The notes: generated by a model not told the origin, from the letters alone. Positions 38,873-49,687 are shown, numbered from the stretch's first letter. The stretch is DNA of 64,000 nt from Candidatus Poribacteria bacterium (GCA_965215265.1 OZ244048.1:1120001-1184000), one strand, 5' to 3'. Made by a program: numbers and translations.

Positions 38873-39979
38873 CTAAGCGTCTGCTGCTCTTTCCACATCT
38901 GCCAGAAATATCCGTTCTCCCTGATGCAAAGCCGACCGGTGCACTGCTGCCTCAAACAGCAATTCATTCCATGCGGCTTCACCGTCTGCAGGAAATGGGC
39001 TGTCGGCAGCCATCGCTTTAATCACACCGTCTGCCATTCTGCGGAAAGACTCGGGCATCTCAGGCTTGCCGGTCTCATTTTCCCATAACTCTTCTTGTTC
39101 AGAGCTATTTGCTGTGCGGCGGCAGTACCAACCGTCTAAACCGCGTGCCTCTGCGTAAGATTTATCACCGATAATCTTAACCCGTAGCGGATGCTCGTCA
39201 TAACCCCATAGGTTTGTGCCGTTGAGTGAGCCGATTGCACCATTTGCCCATCCCATGTGAATCAAACGGTGCCATCCCCCCGTTTGATTCGGATCTCCGA
39301 CAACACTTACCCATTCAGGCATTCCCATTGTCCAGAGAATCTGGTCGATGATGTGTGACCAGCAATTGAAGTGCGCCCGGGCATGGACCATTCTCACCTC
39401 TCCTAATCGCCCGTCTGCAACGTCATCATGAAGTCTGCGAAAATGGTGCATAAACCGGTAGTTAAAGTCAATGCCGAATTTGAGACTGGAGGCACGCCAT
39501 TCTGATATGGCAGGAGCCGCAATCTGGAGGTCTTCTTCACGTAATCTATATTGGCCTTCTAACCCACACAGCGGTTTTTCTGTGAATACATTTCGACCGG
39601 CTGCAAGTAATTCACGCAGCGGCGGAATACGCCGCGTTTCATTGACAATCAATAGCACAAGTTCTGCATCACAGTTGGCTAACAATTCCACAATCGTTGG
39701 ATACCCCGGTACCCCAAATTGTGACTCAGCTTTCGCCAATAGTTTGGCATCCATATCACAAACGGCGACTACCTCCGCGTCTGGATGATCATGGAAATGC
39801 CGACCATGCATCAATCCCATGCCTCTACCACTGATAAGCGCGCATCTGGTCATGTTAAATTCCTCTCTAGTGCTCCCTACCCCGATATAGGTGCTACATT
39901 TTTTAGGATCCGACTGACGCAAAACAGAGTCATCTTTAGGTTCGGCATCGGGCAAAATCACCTTGGGTATAAGCGTCAA
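38873..39979 (-). CDS. Gfo/Idh/MocA oxidoreductase (start may be further downstream, at MTRCAL)
   Basis: VVAVCD, NVFTEKPL, FNYRF, SHIID. Confidence 0.85.
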   Translation of the reverse strand: MTLIPKVILPDAEPKDDSVLRQSDPKKCSTYIGVGSTREEFNMTRCALISGRGMGLMHGRHFHDHPDAEVVAVCDMDAKLLAKAESQFGVPGYPTIVELLANCDAELVLLIVNETRRIPPLRELLAAGRNVFTEKPLCGLEGQYRLREEDLQIAAPAISEWRASSLKFGIDFNYRFMHHFRRLHDDVADGRLGEVRMVHARAHFNCWSHIIDQILWTMGMPEWVSVVGDPNQTGGWHRLIHMGWANGAIGSLNGTNLWGYDEHPLRVKIIGDKSYAEARGLDGWYCRRTANSSEQEELWENETGKPEMPESFRRMADGVIKAMAADSPFPADGEAAWNELLFEAAVHRSALHQGERIFLADVERAADA

Positions 39980-40008
39980 TCCTGGGCGTTTTCCTTCTCA
40001 ATGGAGGC

Positions 40009-40037
40009 ATGATACAAAAATAGGGCATAAATGTCAA
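40009..40037 (-). promoter_or_regulatory. Sigma70-type promoter
   Basis: Minus strand TTGACA, 17 nt, TATCAT. Confidence 0.6.
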
Positions 40038-40164
40038 GGGCAATCCAAATCTAAAATGAATGAGGAAACCTTCTGATCCAACCTTTAAGGATGGGTCTAG
40101 GTAAGGATAAAATTTCAGACGTAGGATGAACCGAAATCAAAAGTTGCGTATGAGGTATGCTGCA

Positions 40165-42255
40165 TTAACAGGCGTTTGGCTTCACCTTAATGACAACCAG
40201 TGTCACATCGTCCGCTTGTGGTTTCCCATCTGCCCAGGAGATGCTCGCTTTGAAGATATGGTCTATAATCGCTTGCGGAGATTGATTCGCAACCTCTGCA
40301 AACAAGGCTTTCGTCTTTGGATAGTCTAGCATTTCGTTTGCAGGGTTCAACATCTCCGGCAGGCCGTCACTCATCAGTAAGACGGTATCGCCACATTGGA
40401 GTTCCAATGATGTTTCTTGTCGTTCGGATGTGAGAAACCCGCCCAACGGCATGCCTTCAAGGAATATTTCCTCAACGCGGTTTTCGTGTGCCCGATAGAT
40501 GAGTACTGGCGGCATTCCCGCTGCTGCAATCATCAACAGGTTGTTCTTGAACGTGACAAGCGTCATCGCCATATACAACCGTTTCAGATTCATGCTTTTG
40601 ATGCCCTGGGAGATACGTTCAAGTGTTTCCAAGTTCCCTGCTTCCGGTGCCGATGTCTTGAAAAGGCTCTTAACAGCGGAAACGAGAAGTCCAGCGTTCG
40701 TGCCATGTCCTGTTGCATCTCCAATTGCGATGGTGAGCCGCCCAGCCTCGGTGAGATTGAAGTCATAATAGTCGCCCCCCACCTCTGTCGCCGGGTGCAT
40801 CTCAAAGGCAACATCAAGGTTTGGGAGTTCAGGCACGGTTTGCGGCAGCATTGCCATCTGGAGTTTATGGGCCTCTTCCAGTTCCTCTGTTTTGCGAGTG
40901 TTTTCCGCTTCCAAGAGCCTGCGTTCAAGCACTTCCGTTTCGAGTTGCCTCTTTGTGCGGGAGAAGTTGCGTGCCAGATAGACCGACATAGAAAAAAGTG
41001 GAGCGAGGATTATGGCGAGCACCCCAAATTGCCAGCCAATCTCTTCATACTGTGTTTGCGAGACAAGAAAACCGAGCATGAACGGTAGGACAAAAGGGGC
41101 GAGCGAGCAGAGCCCAAAGATCCATGCACCATCTTTCTTCTTAAAGACAGCGACGATAATCACACGCGCTATCTCTAAAAGCGTTATGCCTGCGAACAGA
41201 AGTAGAAGTGAAATCGATCCGCCCAGGCTGAAGTGAAACCAATCAGCTCGTCTCGTCTCAGTACTGATATCTAACGTGCTGCTGCCGGGGTGAAAATCGA
41301 GGCTTAGCATGCTCAAACAGAAGATCACAACCCATCCACCAAGAAAAAACCAAAACCGTTTGAGCAACTTCGGATAAAAGAGTGTATAGAGAAATAGCAT
41401 CGCCGACAAAAACATCAGCACGAAAACACAGACAAGCAGACGAAGCAGATACAGAATTTGTGTCGTGCTTGTTGCCATCAGGATAAATTGGAGGGCGAGA
41501 AAAACAAATGCGCCGATACTCCCTGTTGAAATCGCAAAAAAGAGGTTCTCCCGGGCACGTGGATAAAAGATGAACAGTAACAGATGCTGTAACATCAGGA
41601 AGACCGAAATCGCTGTCCACACCATCTGAAAAGTGGTGCCTTTGCGAACGAGGTTGACACGATCTTCAACACTCCGGTTTAGCGGTGCCACACTCATCCC
41701 AAATCCGAGGCCCGGTATCAGTCGATGGGCGGAGAAATTGGAATACCTAACTGCGATGAGATGGTGGGTTTTGCCTGAAAACGAAATCACCTGCGGCTCG
41801 CGTTCCCAGTAGACTTTCTCCTCTTCTTTCCGCGTCCCGACTTTGCCGAAGGTATAAATCAATTTTCCGTCGAGATAGATTTCAGACGCACCGGCTTGAT
41901 ACATGACATGAAGTGCCAACGGCGTGTTCCAGAGCTGCTTATCAGGAACGGACAAGTGGAGTCTGAACCAACCAATGCCTTCCCAGCGTGCTTTGGGCAG
42001 TTCAGCTGGAAACAGCCATGTGCTGATGGATTCCCAAGCGGTATCATCGAACGTTGGACTTGCCCATTCCGGGTTATCACCCGGATGATACTTCCAAGGT
42101 GCCGCAAGCCAAGCAGTCTTGCCCGAACGTACAGCATCTAATGTCAACACACGTATGCCGGTAACCGGGACAGCATCCCTATCTTGCGCCGGGGCTTTGG
42201 AGATACCGGATATTGCTAAAATGAGATGACATATCAGGACTAACCAGTGTCTCAT
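40165..42255 (-). CDS. Membrane PP2C/SpoIIE phosphatase with extracellular sugar-binding-like domain and 7TM region
   Basis: WKYHPGDNPEWA..FDD..W, GWFRL; ~7 TM; VGGDYYD, IGDATGHG, MSDGLPE, DDVT. The ATG at 42255 overlaps the upstream stop (ATGA). Confidence 0.88.
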   Translation of the reverse strand: MRHWLVLICHLILAISGISKAPAQDRDAVPVTGIRVLTLDAVRSGKTAWLAAPWKYHPGDNPEWASPTFDDTAWESISTWLFPAELPKARWEGIGWFRLHLSVPDKQLWNTPLALHVMYQAGASEIYLDGKLIYTFGKVGTRKEEEKVYWEREPQVISFSGKTHHLIAVRYSNFSAHRLIPGLGFGMSVAPLNRSVEDRVNLVRKGTTFQMVWTAISVFLMLQHLLLFIFYPRARENLFFAISTGSIGAFVFLALQFILMATSTTQILYLLRLLVCVFVLMFLSAMLFLYTLFYPKLLKRFWFFLGGWVVIFCLSMLSLDFHPGSSTLDISTETRRADWFHFSLGGSISLLLLFAGITLLEIARVIIVAVFKKKDGAWIFGLCSLAPFVLPFMLGFLVSQTQYEEIGWQFGVLAIILAPLFSMSVYLARNFSRTKRQLETEVLERRLLEAENTRKTEELEEAHKLQMAMLPQTVPELPNLDVAFEMHPATEVGGDYYDFNLTEAGRLTIAIGDATGHGTNAGLLVSAVKSLFKTSAPEAGNLETLERISQGIKSMNLKRLYMAMTLVTFKNNLLMIAAAGMPPVLIYRAHENRVEEIFLEGMPLGGFLTSERQETSLELQCGDTVLLMSDGLPEMLNPANEMLDYPKTKALFAEVANQSPQAIIDHIFKASISWADGKPQADDVTLVVIKVKPNAC

Positions 42256-42812
42256 TTTAAAAAACCGCACGACTTTAAAATCGGGTGTTCCAAAACGGAC
42301 GCGACCTCTGTCCAGGCTTCTTGGCTATCTTCACGTTCAAGGTCCGGATGAAAACCGAAATCGAGATAAACCTTGATAGCTGGGATCCGCCCTGTTGAGG
42401 TGTCAAGAAAACAGCACTTGTGGGATTGTTTCAGCCGTACCATCGCGACGGACATCAGCGGTTTGGCAAGTCCACGTCCCTGATAGGCGGGGTGAATCGC
42501 GACCCAATGAATCTGCCCCCATGCTTTGCCGTTAAAATCGAGCTGCCACCATGCCGTGATGGTCCCAATCTCCTCGCCTGTGTCAGTGGTGAGATAAAAA
42601 CTTCGGTCCTCCATCGCTAAAAAATTCCGTTTGAACTCACGCGCAAAAAGTTGGTTGTCAATGTCGATGTAAGGTTCCGCCGCTTTCTGAATCCGCGTCC
42701 AGATATGCCCCTCATTTCGTCTATAATTCCGAATGGCAAACCCTTTTGGAACCGGAAATTGCGGGATATTTTGCATGTGCTCACGGATCATTCTGATACT
42801 GTAGTTTTTCAT
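42252..42812 (-). CDS. GNAT N-acetyltransferase
   Basis: IHWVAIHPAYQGRGLAK motif A, AIKVYLDFGF; start placed at MKNYS. Confidence 0.88.
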   Translation of the reverse strand: MKNYSIRMIREHMQNIPQFPVPKGFAIRNYRRNEGHIWTRIQKAAEPYIDIDNQLFAREFKRNFLAMEDRSFYLTTDTGEEIGTITAWWQLDFNGKAWGQIHWVAIHPAYQGRGLAKPLMSVAMVRLKQSHKCCFLDTSTGRIPAIKVYLDFGFHPDLEREDSQEAWTEVASVLEHPILKSCGFLK

Positions 42813-42816
42813 CGCC

Positions 42817-44025
42817 TTAGAAGAAGAAGCGGCTCGCCGCTTTCTCTTGAATTTCAGCACCGCCGTGTGCACTGCGTCGCGGGCGGACTCGTATAGTATT
42901 AACCGACTCGGTCTCGTCATCAACCAGAAGTGCCTCTCCACGCCGGTTAAGTTGTCGGATATAGCCCTTTAAATCGCCTTCCATGTAGGTTGCGCTCAGC
43001 CGGTCAAGTGCGTTGATGTCGTCCCACGTTGTAATTTTATGTGCCATAATGAGGTCACACTGTGAAAGCAGTTCCGCATCAATCGCAGAGGGTTGTTGCG
43101 TCGCGACGATAAGACTCAGCCCTGGCTGCCGCCCCTCTTTTACCCACCGGATTAACATCTCTTTACACAAAGATGCTCGCCCTTGCGGTACAAACTGATG
43201 TGCTTCGTCAATTGCCATCCAGACGTGCGGCAGACGTGTCTCCATCCCAAATTCTTCGCGGCGGCGCATCCGCGTCCGTTCCGTAAACAACCGCCTGGCG
43301 ACAATGTCCAGCACCAAGTTTCGTAAGCCTTTTGTGCCTGCGTCGATAACACTCAGATCCAAAACGTTAATGTGTTCTAGTGAAAAGACATCGGTCAGGG
43401 ATGTCGGCTTTTCAGAGAAGACGTGCCATCTTTTGGCGGCTGTCAAGCGATTTTCGAGTGCCTCTATTGTGGTGCTTTTCGCGCGTTTATCCTTACGGAG
43501 GCTCGCCAGAATGTCCGAAATATTGAAATGTTCGTGTGTCTCATGGAGTGCATCTACGGCACGCCATAGGGCGATGCCCATCGCGTTGTTGATTTCTAAG
43601 TTAAACAATTCACACCAAGCATCTGGCGATAGGTCGTGGGCATTGATCCAGAGTGAACCGAGTACGACACCGTTGGCTTGCAATCTTTCGACGATCTGTG
43701 CATCCGCGAAACAGGAGAGCGGGTCACCCGGCACAATGAGACGCACTGGAAACTTCTCCGGCAAGAGCCCGGCCTGTCTGACCTCATCCCACTGGCTTTC
43801 GTTCGCTAAAGCCATCGTGTGATAGATGCCCATCGGATCTGCAATTAACAGCACAGCTTTCCCGCGTTCCTGTGCAAACAGTTCTTCAACGAGCACCCCT
43901 AATGTGTAGCTTTTTCCGGAACCGCGTTTTCCACAGATAAAAATGGCACGGGACCCCGTGGCTCGGATATACGCTATTTCATCGCTTTCATAGTCATTTC
44001 CGACTCGCAAATTTACTTCAGCCAT
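42817..44025 (-). CDS. HerA/FtsK-like ATPase (DUF87)
   Basis: ICGKRGSGKSY, LIADPMG, MAIDEAHQF, KEGRQPGLSLIVATQQPS. Confidence 0.9.
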   Translation of the reverse strand: MAEVNLRVGNDYESDEIAYIRATGSRAIFICGKRGSGKSYTLGVLVEELFAQERGKAVLLIADPMGIYHTMALANESQWDEVRQAGLLPEKFPVRLIVPGDPLSCFADAQIVERLQANGVVLGSLWINAHDLSPDAWCELFNLEINNAMGIALWRAVDALHETHEHFNISDILASLRKDKRAKSTTIEALENRLTAAKRWHVFSEKPTSLTDVFSLEHINVLDLSVIDAGTKGLRNLVLDIVARRLFTERTRMRRREEFGMETRLPHVWMAIDEAHQFVPQGRASLCKEMLIRWVKEGRQPGLSLIVATQQPSAIDAELLSQCDLIMAHKITTWDDINALDRLSATYMEGDLKGYIRQLNRRGEALLVDDETESVNTIRVRPRRSAHGGAEIQEKAASRFFF

Positions 44026-44040
44026 TAAAGTCCTCTCAAT

Positions 44041-45135
44041 TTATCCACGGATATCCCAAAACGGAACTAACGATTCTTGTGCCGAAATTCCTCCGTGAAA
44101 CCCCCACTCCGTCGTTTTACGTGCTTTGGCGATGGCCTTATCCCCTGTTAAAACAGTGTAGGTAGTCTCATCGGTATTCAGGGTTAAAACGTTATCTCCA
44201 CCCCGGACGGCTCCCTCTGTATATCGTGACTTGAATCGTTCCCGTGCAAGCGGCACGATGTCCTGATCGTTGTACCAGAGAATCCCGTGATCCGCGCTGA
44301 TAAACAGGCGGAATGACGTGCCTGTCTCTTGCAACGCAGCCAGCAGTGCTAAAACATCTGCTTTTAGATCTTCAAGCAGCTGAGCAATATTGGGACGTTC
44401 CCGATGTGAATGGGATACCCAATCCAGACCTGAACGGATAATCTGAACGTAAGTACGCGTCGACCATTCCGATGTCTTTATAGTTTCCAATACCTCATGA
44501 AAGGTCGTGATGCGATGCAGCTGATTCTCTGGAAATTCTGAGAAGAGGACATCGGTCAAGGCGTTGGTTGAACGTTCCCAATAAGAGAAGCCCAACCTTT
44601 TCATGTATCCGTAATCAAACAGGCGATGGGTTAAAACAGGAGACCCGATGAGCCGTTTCATGGCCTTCTCTGTGATGGTCAGCCCATCTACAAGACAGGG
44701 CTCCAGCACCGCGTTTGGAAGTTCCCAATCGGTTACCTCATAAAAGGACAAACCATCAAAAACTAACAAGACTGCTATCTGTGGTAATTCTCGCGTGATT
44801 CGTTCTGTAATCTCGGTGACAACATCGGATTGCTTCAGCAAAGTGTTAGTCTCAAAATGGTTCGGTAATGCCTTATTGACCGCGTCTACTGATGGTAAAT
44901 CGGGCAGTTCAACCGTTGGGAAACCAAAAACCTGCGTCAATTCCTCTCGTTCTGATACAGATGGGTTTACAAAGAGGGTTTGATCGGCATCAATTTCTCC
45001 GGGTGAATCAATTCGTTCTCGCCACTCTTTGACTGATGTCGGACACCAAACATCTTCGAGGCAGAGCTCCCACAAGGGACGATAGTTTTCGGGAATCTCA
45101 GTGATACAGGGGATTGTGCGTGATTGTTCTACCAT
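44041..45135 (-). CDS. PglZ-like alkaline-phosphatase-superfamily protein
   Basis: LLVFDGLS, FISADHG, GFHGGISAQESLVP match the PglZ D / DHG / HGGxSxxExxVP pattern; GGAT-type RBS before MVEQ. Confidence 0.8.
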   Translation of the reverse strand: MVEQSRTIPCITEIPENYRPLWELCLEDVWCPTSVKEWRERIDSPGEIDADQTLFVNPSVSEREELTQVFGFPTVELPDLPSVDAVNKALPNHFETNTLLKQSDVVTEITERITRELPQIAVLLVFDGLSFYEVTDWELPNAVLEPCLVDGLTITEKAMKRLIGSPVLTHRLFDYGYMKRLGFSYWERSTNALTDVLFSEFPENQLHRITTFHEVLETIKTSEWSTRTYVQIIRSGLDWVSHSHRERPNIAQLLEDLKADVLALLAALQETGTSFRLFISADHGILWYNDQDIVPLARERFKSRYTEGAVRGGDNVLTLNTDETTYTVLTGDKAIAKARKTTEWGFHGGISAQESLVPFWDIRG

Positions 45136-45139
45136 CTTA

Positions 45140-45682
45140 TTATCCCCTTTGTGCAAGGTTTTTGACATACCGCCACAAACCGGAGCACTGCCGTGCATAC
45201 TCGCTGACGGGTTCGAAATCAGATTCGCCGAAGTCTTGCTGCAGGAGGTGCTCTATATGAGCAACATCTGTGTCTGTCAGCGTTAGTTCGATTGGGTGCA
45301 CAGCATCGTCAATCGGACGCTGGGTAATCAAAATTACATTTGTTACCGCGCTATAGTCCTTACCGCTCCAGCGTATTTCATCATCGAGTCTACGCGATTC
45401 TTGCCGGCCGTGTGGTGCGTTGTCTATTGCTACCGTTGAATCTGAAGATACCCGCCTATTGTAACACGCTGGCGATGAAAAGTAGAGCAGGTCTGCGCGG
45501 TGATGCAGATAATGGGCCAAAAAGGTTTTGCCGACACCAGGGTTTCCCCATACGTTGATACGCCCCTCCAATCTGTGAATTGCGTTGAGGATGGAATCCC
45601 GCGTAGATGCTTGAGATGGCGTTAGCGTTTCGCTGGTTTTGGCGAATTGCAGGAGTTGTCGATGATAGGTTAACCAATTCAT
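45140..45682 (-). CDS. Small P-loop NTPase
   Basis: INVWGNPGVGKTFL Walker A, VAIDN Walker B-like, VILIT; start placed at MNWLT. Confidence 0.75.
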   Translation of the reverse strand: MNWLTYHRQLLQFAKTSETLTPSQASTRDSILNAIHRLEGRINVWGNPGVGKTFLAHYLHHRADLLYFSSPACYNRRVSSDSTVAIDNAPHGRQESRRLDDEIRWSGKDYSAVTNVILITQRPIDDAVHPIELTLTDTDVAHIEHLLQQDFGESDFEPVSEYARQCSGLWRYVKNLAQRG

Positions 45683-45695
45683 TTTTGATAGACTG

Positions 45696-48600
45696 TCAAG
45701 GTTTTGAACGTAACTGGTATAACTCTTCCAAACGCTCAATAATCTCAACAGGTGAATTAAAGGTTCCATCGTCAAGGAGTGGATTTACAGCGTCATGCAA
45801 CCTTTGGGTGCTTGGGCTTAAGTGAGTTTTAAACGCGGTCATATCGCTTTCAATCTTTGCCCACCTTTTATAAAGAGGCCCGCTTTTTTCACGCAGAGAA
45901 ACGAGTTCTGAAATCCAGTCCGCTAAGCTAGATAATTCTTGGTCAACGTTTTCTGTGATAAGCTTAGGTCGAATTTCCTGAAATTCTTTGGCATACTGTT
46001 CAACGTCCTGACGCAAATGAATCGCGTTAGCTTTAAGTGGGTCAGGAACTGCGTAAATCTTAATAGGGTTCAGTAAGGCGCGTGTGACGTTATCAAGTTG
46101 GCTTTGCGCAGTATCAACGAAATCCCTCAATTTCTCAACGCCCTTTTCTCTAGTTTCACGGTAGCATCCATCTCTATCAGCAGGATTCCATTTTACTCCA
46201 ACGTGCGGTTTAGCAATCAGCTCTGCCAACAATTTCTCAATGTTGGCTTGGTACGCGATAAACGCTTTTTCCTTCGCGTTTAGGAACCAATTGAATTCAA
46301 CCTTAATCCCTGAAATCTGTACTTTGAAATGTTCATGGTTGCCCAACACCTCCTTGAGGTTCAGTCGCTTATCGGCGAGATGTTGCCGTATCTTCCGTTG
46401 GACATCATCGAACCGCTCTATTAGATTCTGCACTTCTGTGTCTTTCGCGTTATGAGCCATTAGTTGTTTATCGTTCTCTACCTGGCTGGCTAAAGTGCGC
46501 CATTCCTGAAAGAGACTAAAGAGTTCTCCTGCATTTTTACCCCCCTGCTGAAGTTCCGTAATGTCCGTATCAACTCGGAAACGGTAATCGCGCAATTGGA
46601 TAGCGATATTGATTGCGTTTTGCGGCGTTGCATCTGCTTGAGACGCTCCTATTTTTGCATTGCAGGTGTCGCGAATCTCTACCTGGATTTTCCGAATCTG
46701 AGCAGAAATCTTCGTATAGGCAGATTTCACTTCGGGTTGGACGCTAAAAAAAAGAATCTCAGAGAACTCGGTCAGCGGATAGCCGGTCGTCTGTTCTAAT
46801 AGCGGTGGCACCTCAAGGCACAATGTTTGTAACTCATTAATCTTCAACCTGAGTTTGTCATACTCAATCTTAACCCATTCTGCACGCTTACCCTTTAAGG
46901 TATTTTCCGCCGAGTTGAGGTGCTGCCGCAATGCATCCTTCTGTACCTCGTCATTCTCAATTCCGCTTTTCTGGGCTAACGCCTGTGCCGAGGAAAGGTT
47001 CTCACATTGATAAGTAAAGCCTTTTGACTTTGCAAAGTCGATAGTTTTCTCTAATCCTCCTAGTTTGGATTTCAATTCGTTAAAATTGATGAATTTATCT
47101 ACTAGATAGACATATTCAATGCCTCTGACCTGTTGTTTATCCACTATCCCGCGTGCCTTGAGAATATCGATCAACGCTTCTACTTCTTCGTCAAGATAAC
47201 CTAATTTGTTGGCTTCCTGATAGAGATGAGTGGATTCCATTGCGTTAACCTGTTTTCCATCAACAGAGATGGTTTTTGAACTATTCTCAAGCCGTTCAAC
47301 AAGCCATTTTTCAAAGGGATGAAGAGTGAAATAGATCGCCACAGTTGTATTATTGTTCCGGGGCTCAATTTTCTCACGCACCGTATTACCGGAACTATCT
47401 ATTTCATCAATTCGCAACAGATTCTGGCCCGCGTCCCTATGGAAATTCCGAAAAGCTGCCATTTGCCCCATACTGAGGAGTTCAGGAATCTCCTTATTCA
47501 AGATTTTAATCGGTTCAATGCCTTGCTTTTTGCCAGAAGTGTCCGCTTTACTGAGAGCAGCTTGGTACGTTCTCAAGTATCTTTTCCAACCGTTAGAGAC
47601 GGCTAAGGCTGAATAGTTCGGAAATTGCTTTGGAATTAAAACCCTAAGGATCTCTTCTACGAAGTTTTTTCCAGCGCGAATTGATGCGAAATCTGTAGCG
47701 AGTTCCGGTCCCTCGTATACAGTTACTGCCTTAAGCTGAGGGGAAAAGAAGTAGCCAATGAGTTCATTGAGAATTCGCTCCTTCAGAAAATTAACTTCAG
47801 TTTTCTGATTTTCCCGTTCTACTATATCAACTGTTGGTGGCTGATCAAAAAAATCCAGTATGGAGAGCAGAAGCAGCGGCGTGATTGACGCAGGAAGGAA
47901 CAGTTCCCCCAATTTTCCGATCTCTGCCGGAATTTCTTGCGGATTAATGGATTTCTGCATGTTAAATTGGAACCTAAGTCCGTTTGTGGAGACCTCGCAT
48001 GAATTGGCTACCGTATCACAAGTCACATCAAAAATAAACTGGATGCGGAATTGGCTATCGGATGATAGCAGCGTTGCTTCGCGTTTTGTACCAATATTTA
48101 CGGTTAACGTTCGATCAGGGTACTCCCTCAGAACGGTTCCCTCCAAGTCGACTGTCCAAGGGATCCCTTGATCCTCGTGCGTAATACTCCAGCCTTCGCG
48201 TCCCTTTTTCAGCGTTAAAATTGCTGGGAGCACATGCTCTCTAAAAGCGCTGACAGCGTTATTATGAGCTGTGGAATCCATTGGATTAAAGGAATCTTTT
48301 AGCAGCTTAAGAATTTCGTTCAGTTTGTCTACGCCGAGCAAATCGTCTCGATAGCATGTTAATGTGGGTCCGGTTACTTTCGTGATAACGTGCTGCCCCA
48401 AAAGACCTTGAACAATGCGTTCTCTAGTCGCATCGGAAATAGCATGTTTTTGAAATAAAGCCTTGGGGATTCCTTCAGGATGAACGCACAGCAATTTGAC
48501 AAGTTTCCGGCTCTCGTCATTATTGATAGGTGGCAATTCCATTATCTGGGTGTGTGCCCTCAGTGATTCTGTCTCTTGATTGGCATAGGTAATATATCCG

Positions 48601-49670
48601 GAAAGGTAGTCTTCACAAAAATCGAAGATGGAATAGGGTCTTTCATGCTCCGTGTAATGGCGTGCGGCACGGTTGAATGTACTGACGACCGAACGTGGAC
48701 CGCTCATCAGTTCTCTGGCACGTGAATGTCGTAAAAACTGGCCGAGGGCATTTAAAACGTCGGCATCAATCGCGTTCCTCTCTGCATGAGATAGTCCACA
48801 CGAGGTCGCGAGTTTTTCCCAGAGATGCGTAGCAAACTCAGTCTGTCCGTAAAACTGCTCTAGGTCAAAACGACTATTTTTTGGTTTATCAAACCGGGCG
48901 AGGATGTGTTTTCCCCTTCTGTCGATATCCGCATGTGTCCGGCGATAGGTGAAGGTAACACAGCCGAGGGGAAGTTTCGCTTCAAAGTGGATATCGTAGA
49001 TAAAATCCTTGAGGTTATTGAAGTTTTGTGCCGTATCCAAACTCTCAAAAAGTTCAAACTCATCCGGCAAAATTAAAAGCCCTTTATAGTCCGCCTTCAG
49101 AAGGGTCTCAGTGGCAAAACGGAGATAATCTAGGAGTTGACGAGGGGATAGGACATCTCGAAGCCTTCCTTCTGTTTTCAAGCGTTCGATTGCTTTGCTT
49201 GCTTGTTCACGGGCGATCTCATCTTCATGCATCATTCTTTGTATCAGGGTTTTTTCATCAATTTCAACGACTGTCCGGCGCTTCTCTTCTAAATCAGGGA
49301 TAAGATCTGGCCGTGTCTCCGACAAACGATAGCAAACCCAACCGTGCGTCGCTGTGAGCATGTCGGCGAGGCTGTTCCATATAAACGGTGGTACGGCTAC
49401 AATCTCATTCTCTTCGGCGGACTTCCATAATGAGACTGCGGTAGATGTTTTGCCGTATCCGGTATCCGCGTAGATTAATCCGGTAGCCGATCGTTTTTTC
49501 TTAAGATTACTGAGTATTGCATTCCATCGTGTCTCTATATCTGGCATAGCGACGTAAGTTGCAACGTGAAAATCAAATCTATTTTTCCATTCCTCGGGTG
49601 AGTTCGCCAAGTCCTGAGCGGATGGCGTAGCAATAATAGGTTCCTTGGAAATAATATCTGATAACGGCAT
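45696..49670 (-). CDS. Large P-loop ATPase with long helical/coiled-coil C-terminus (BrxC/PglY-like)
   Basis: LIYADTGYGKTS Walker A, LLILPDEFE Walker B, SGPRSVV; heptad-rich last ~450 aa. Confidence 0.72.
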   Translation of the reverse strand: MPLSDIISKEPIIATPSAQDLANSPEEWKNRFDFHVATYVAMPDIETRWNAILSNLKKKRSATGLIYADTGYGKTSTAVSLWKSAEENEIVAVPPFIWNSLADMLTATHGWVCYRLSETRPDLIPDLEEKRRTVVEIDEKTLIQRMMHEDEIAREQASKAIERLKTEGRLRDVLSPRQLLDYLRFATETLLKADYKGLLILPDEFELFESLDTAQNFNNLKDFIYDIHFEAKLPLGCVTFTYRRTHADIDRRGKHILARFDKPKNSRFDLEQFYGQTEFATHLWEKLATSCGLSHAERNAIDADVLNALGQFLRHSRARELMSGPRSVVSTFNRAARHYTEHERPYSIFDFCEDYLSGYITYANQETESLRAHTQIMELPPINNDESRKLVKLLCVHPEGIPKALFQKHAISDATRERIVQGLLGQHVITKVTGPTLTCYRDDLLGVDKLNEILKLLKDSFNPMDSTAHNNAVSAFREHVLPAILTLKKGREGWSITHEDQGIPWTVDLEGTVLREYPDRTLTVNIGTKREATLLSSDSQFRIQFIFDVTCDTVANSCEVSTNGLRFQFNMQKSINPQEIPAEIGKLGELFLPASITPLLLLSILDFFDQPPTVDIVERENQKTEVNFLKERILNELIGYFFSPQLKAVTVYEGPELATDFASIRAGKNFVEEILRVLIPKQFPNYSALAVSNGWKRYLRTYQAALSKADTSGKKQGIEPIKILNKEIPELLSMGQMAAFRNFHRDAGQNLLRIDEIDSSGNTVREKIEPRNNNTTVAIYFTLHPFEKWLVERLENSSKTISVDGKQVNAMESTHLYQEANKLGYLDEEVEALIDILKARGIVDKQQVRGIEYVYLVDKFINFNELKSKLGGLEKTIDFAKSKGFTYQCENLSSAQALAQKSGIENDEVQKDALRQHLNSAENTLKGKRAEWVKIEYDKLRLKINELQTLCLEVPPLLEQTTGYPLTEFSEILFFSVQPEVKSAYTKISAQIRKIQVEIRDTCNAKIGASQADATPQNAINIAIQLRDYRFRVDTDITELQQGGKNAGELFSLFQEWRTLASQVENDKQLMAHNAKDTEVQNLIERFDDVQRKIRQHLADKRLNLKEVLGNHEHFKVQISGIKVEFNWFLNAKEKAFIAYQANIEKLLAELIAKPHVGVKWNPADRDGCYRETREKGVEKLRDFVDTAQSQLDNVTRALLNPIKIYAVPDPLKANAIHLRQDVEQYAKEFQEIRPKLITENVDQELSSLADWISELVSLREKSGPLYKRWAKIESDMTAFKTHLSPSTQRLHDAVNPLLDDGTFNSPVEIIERLEELYQLRSKP

Positions 49671-49687
49671 TCTACACCCCTCATAAG

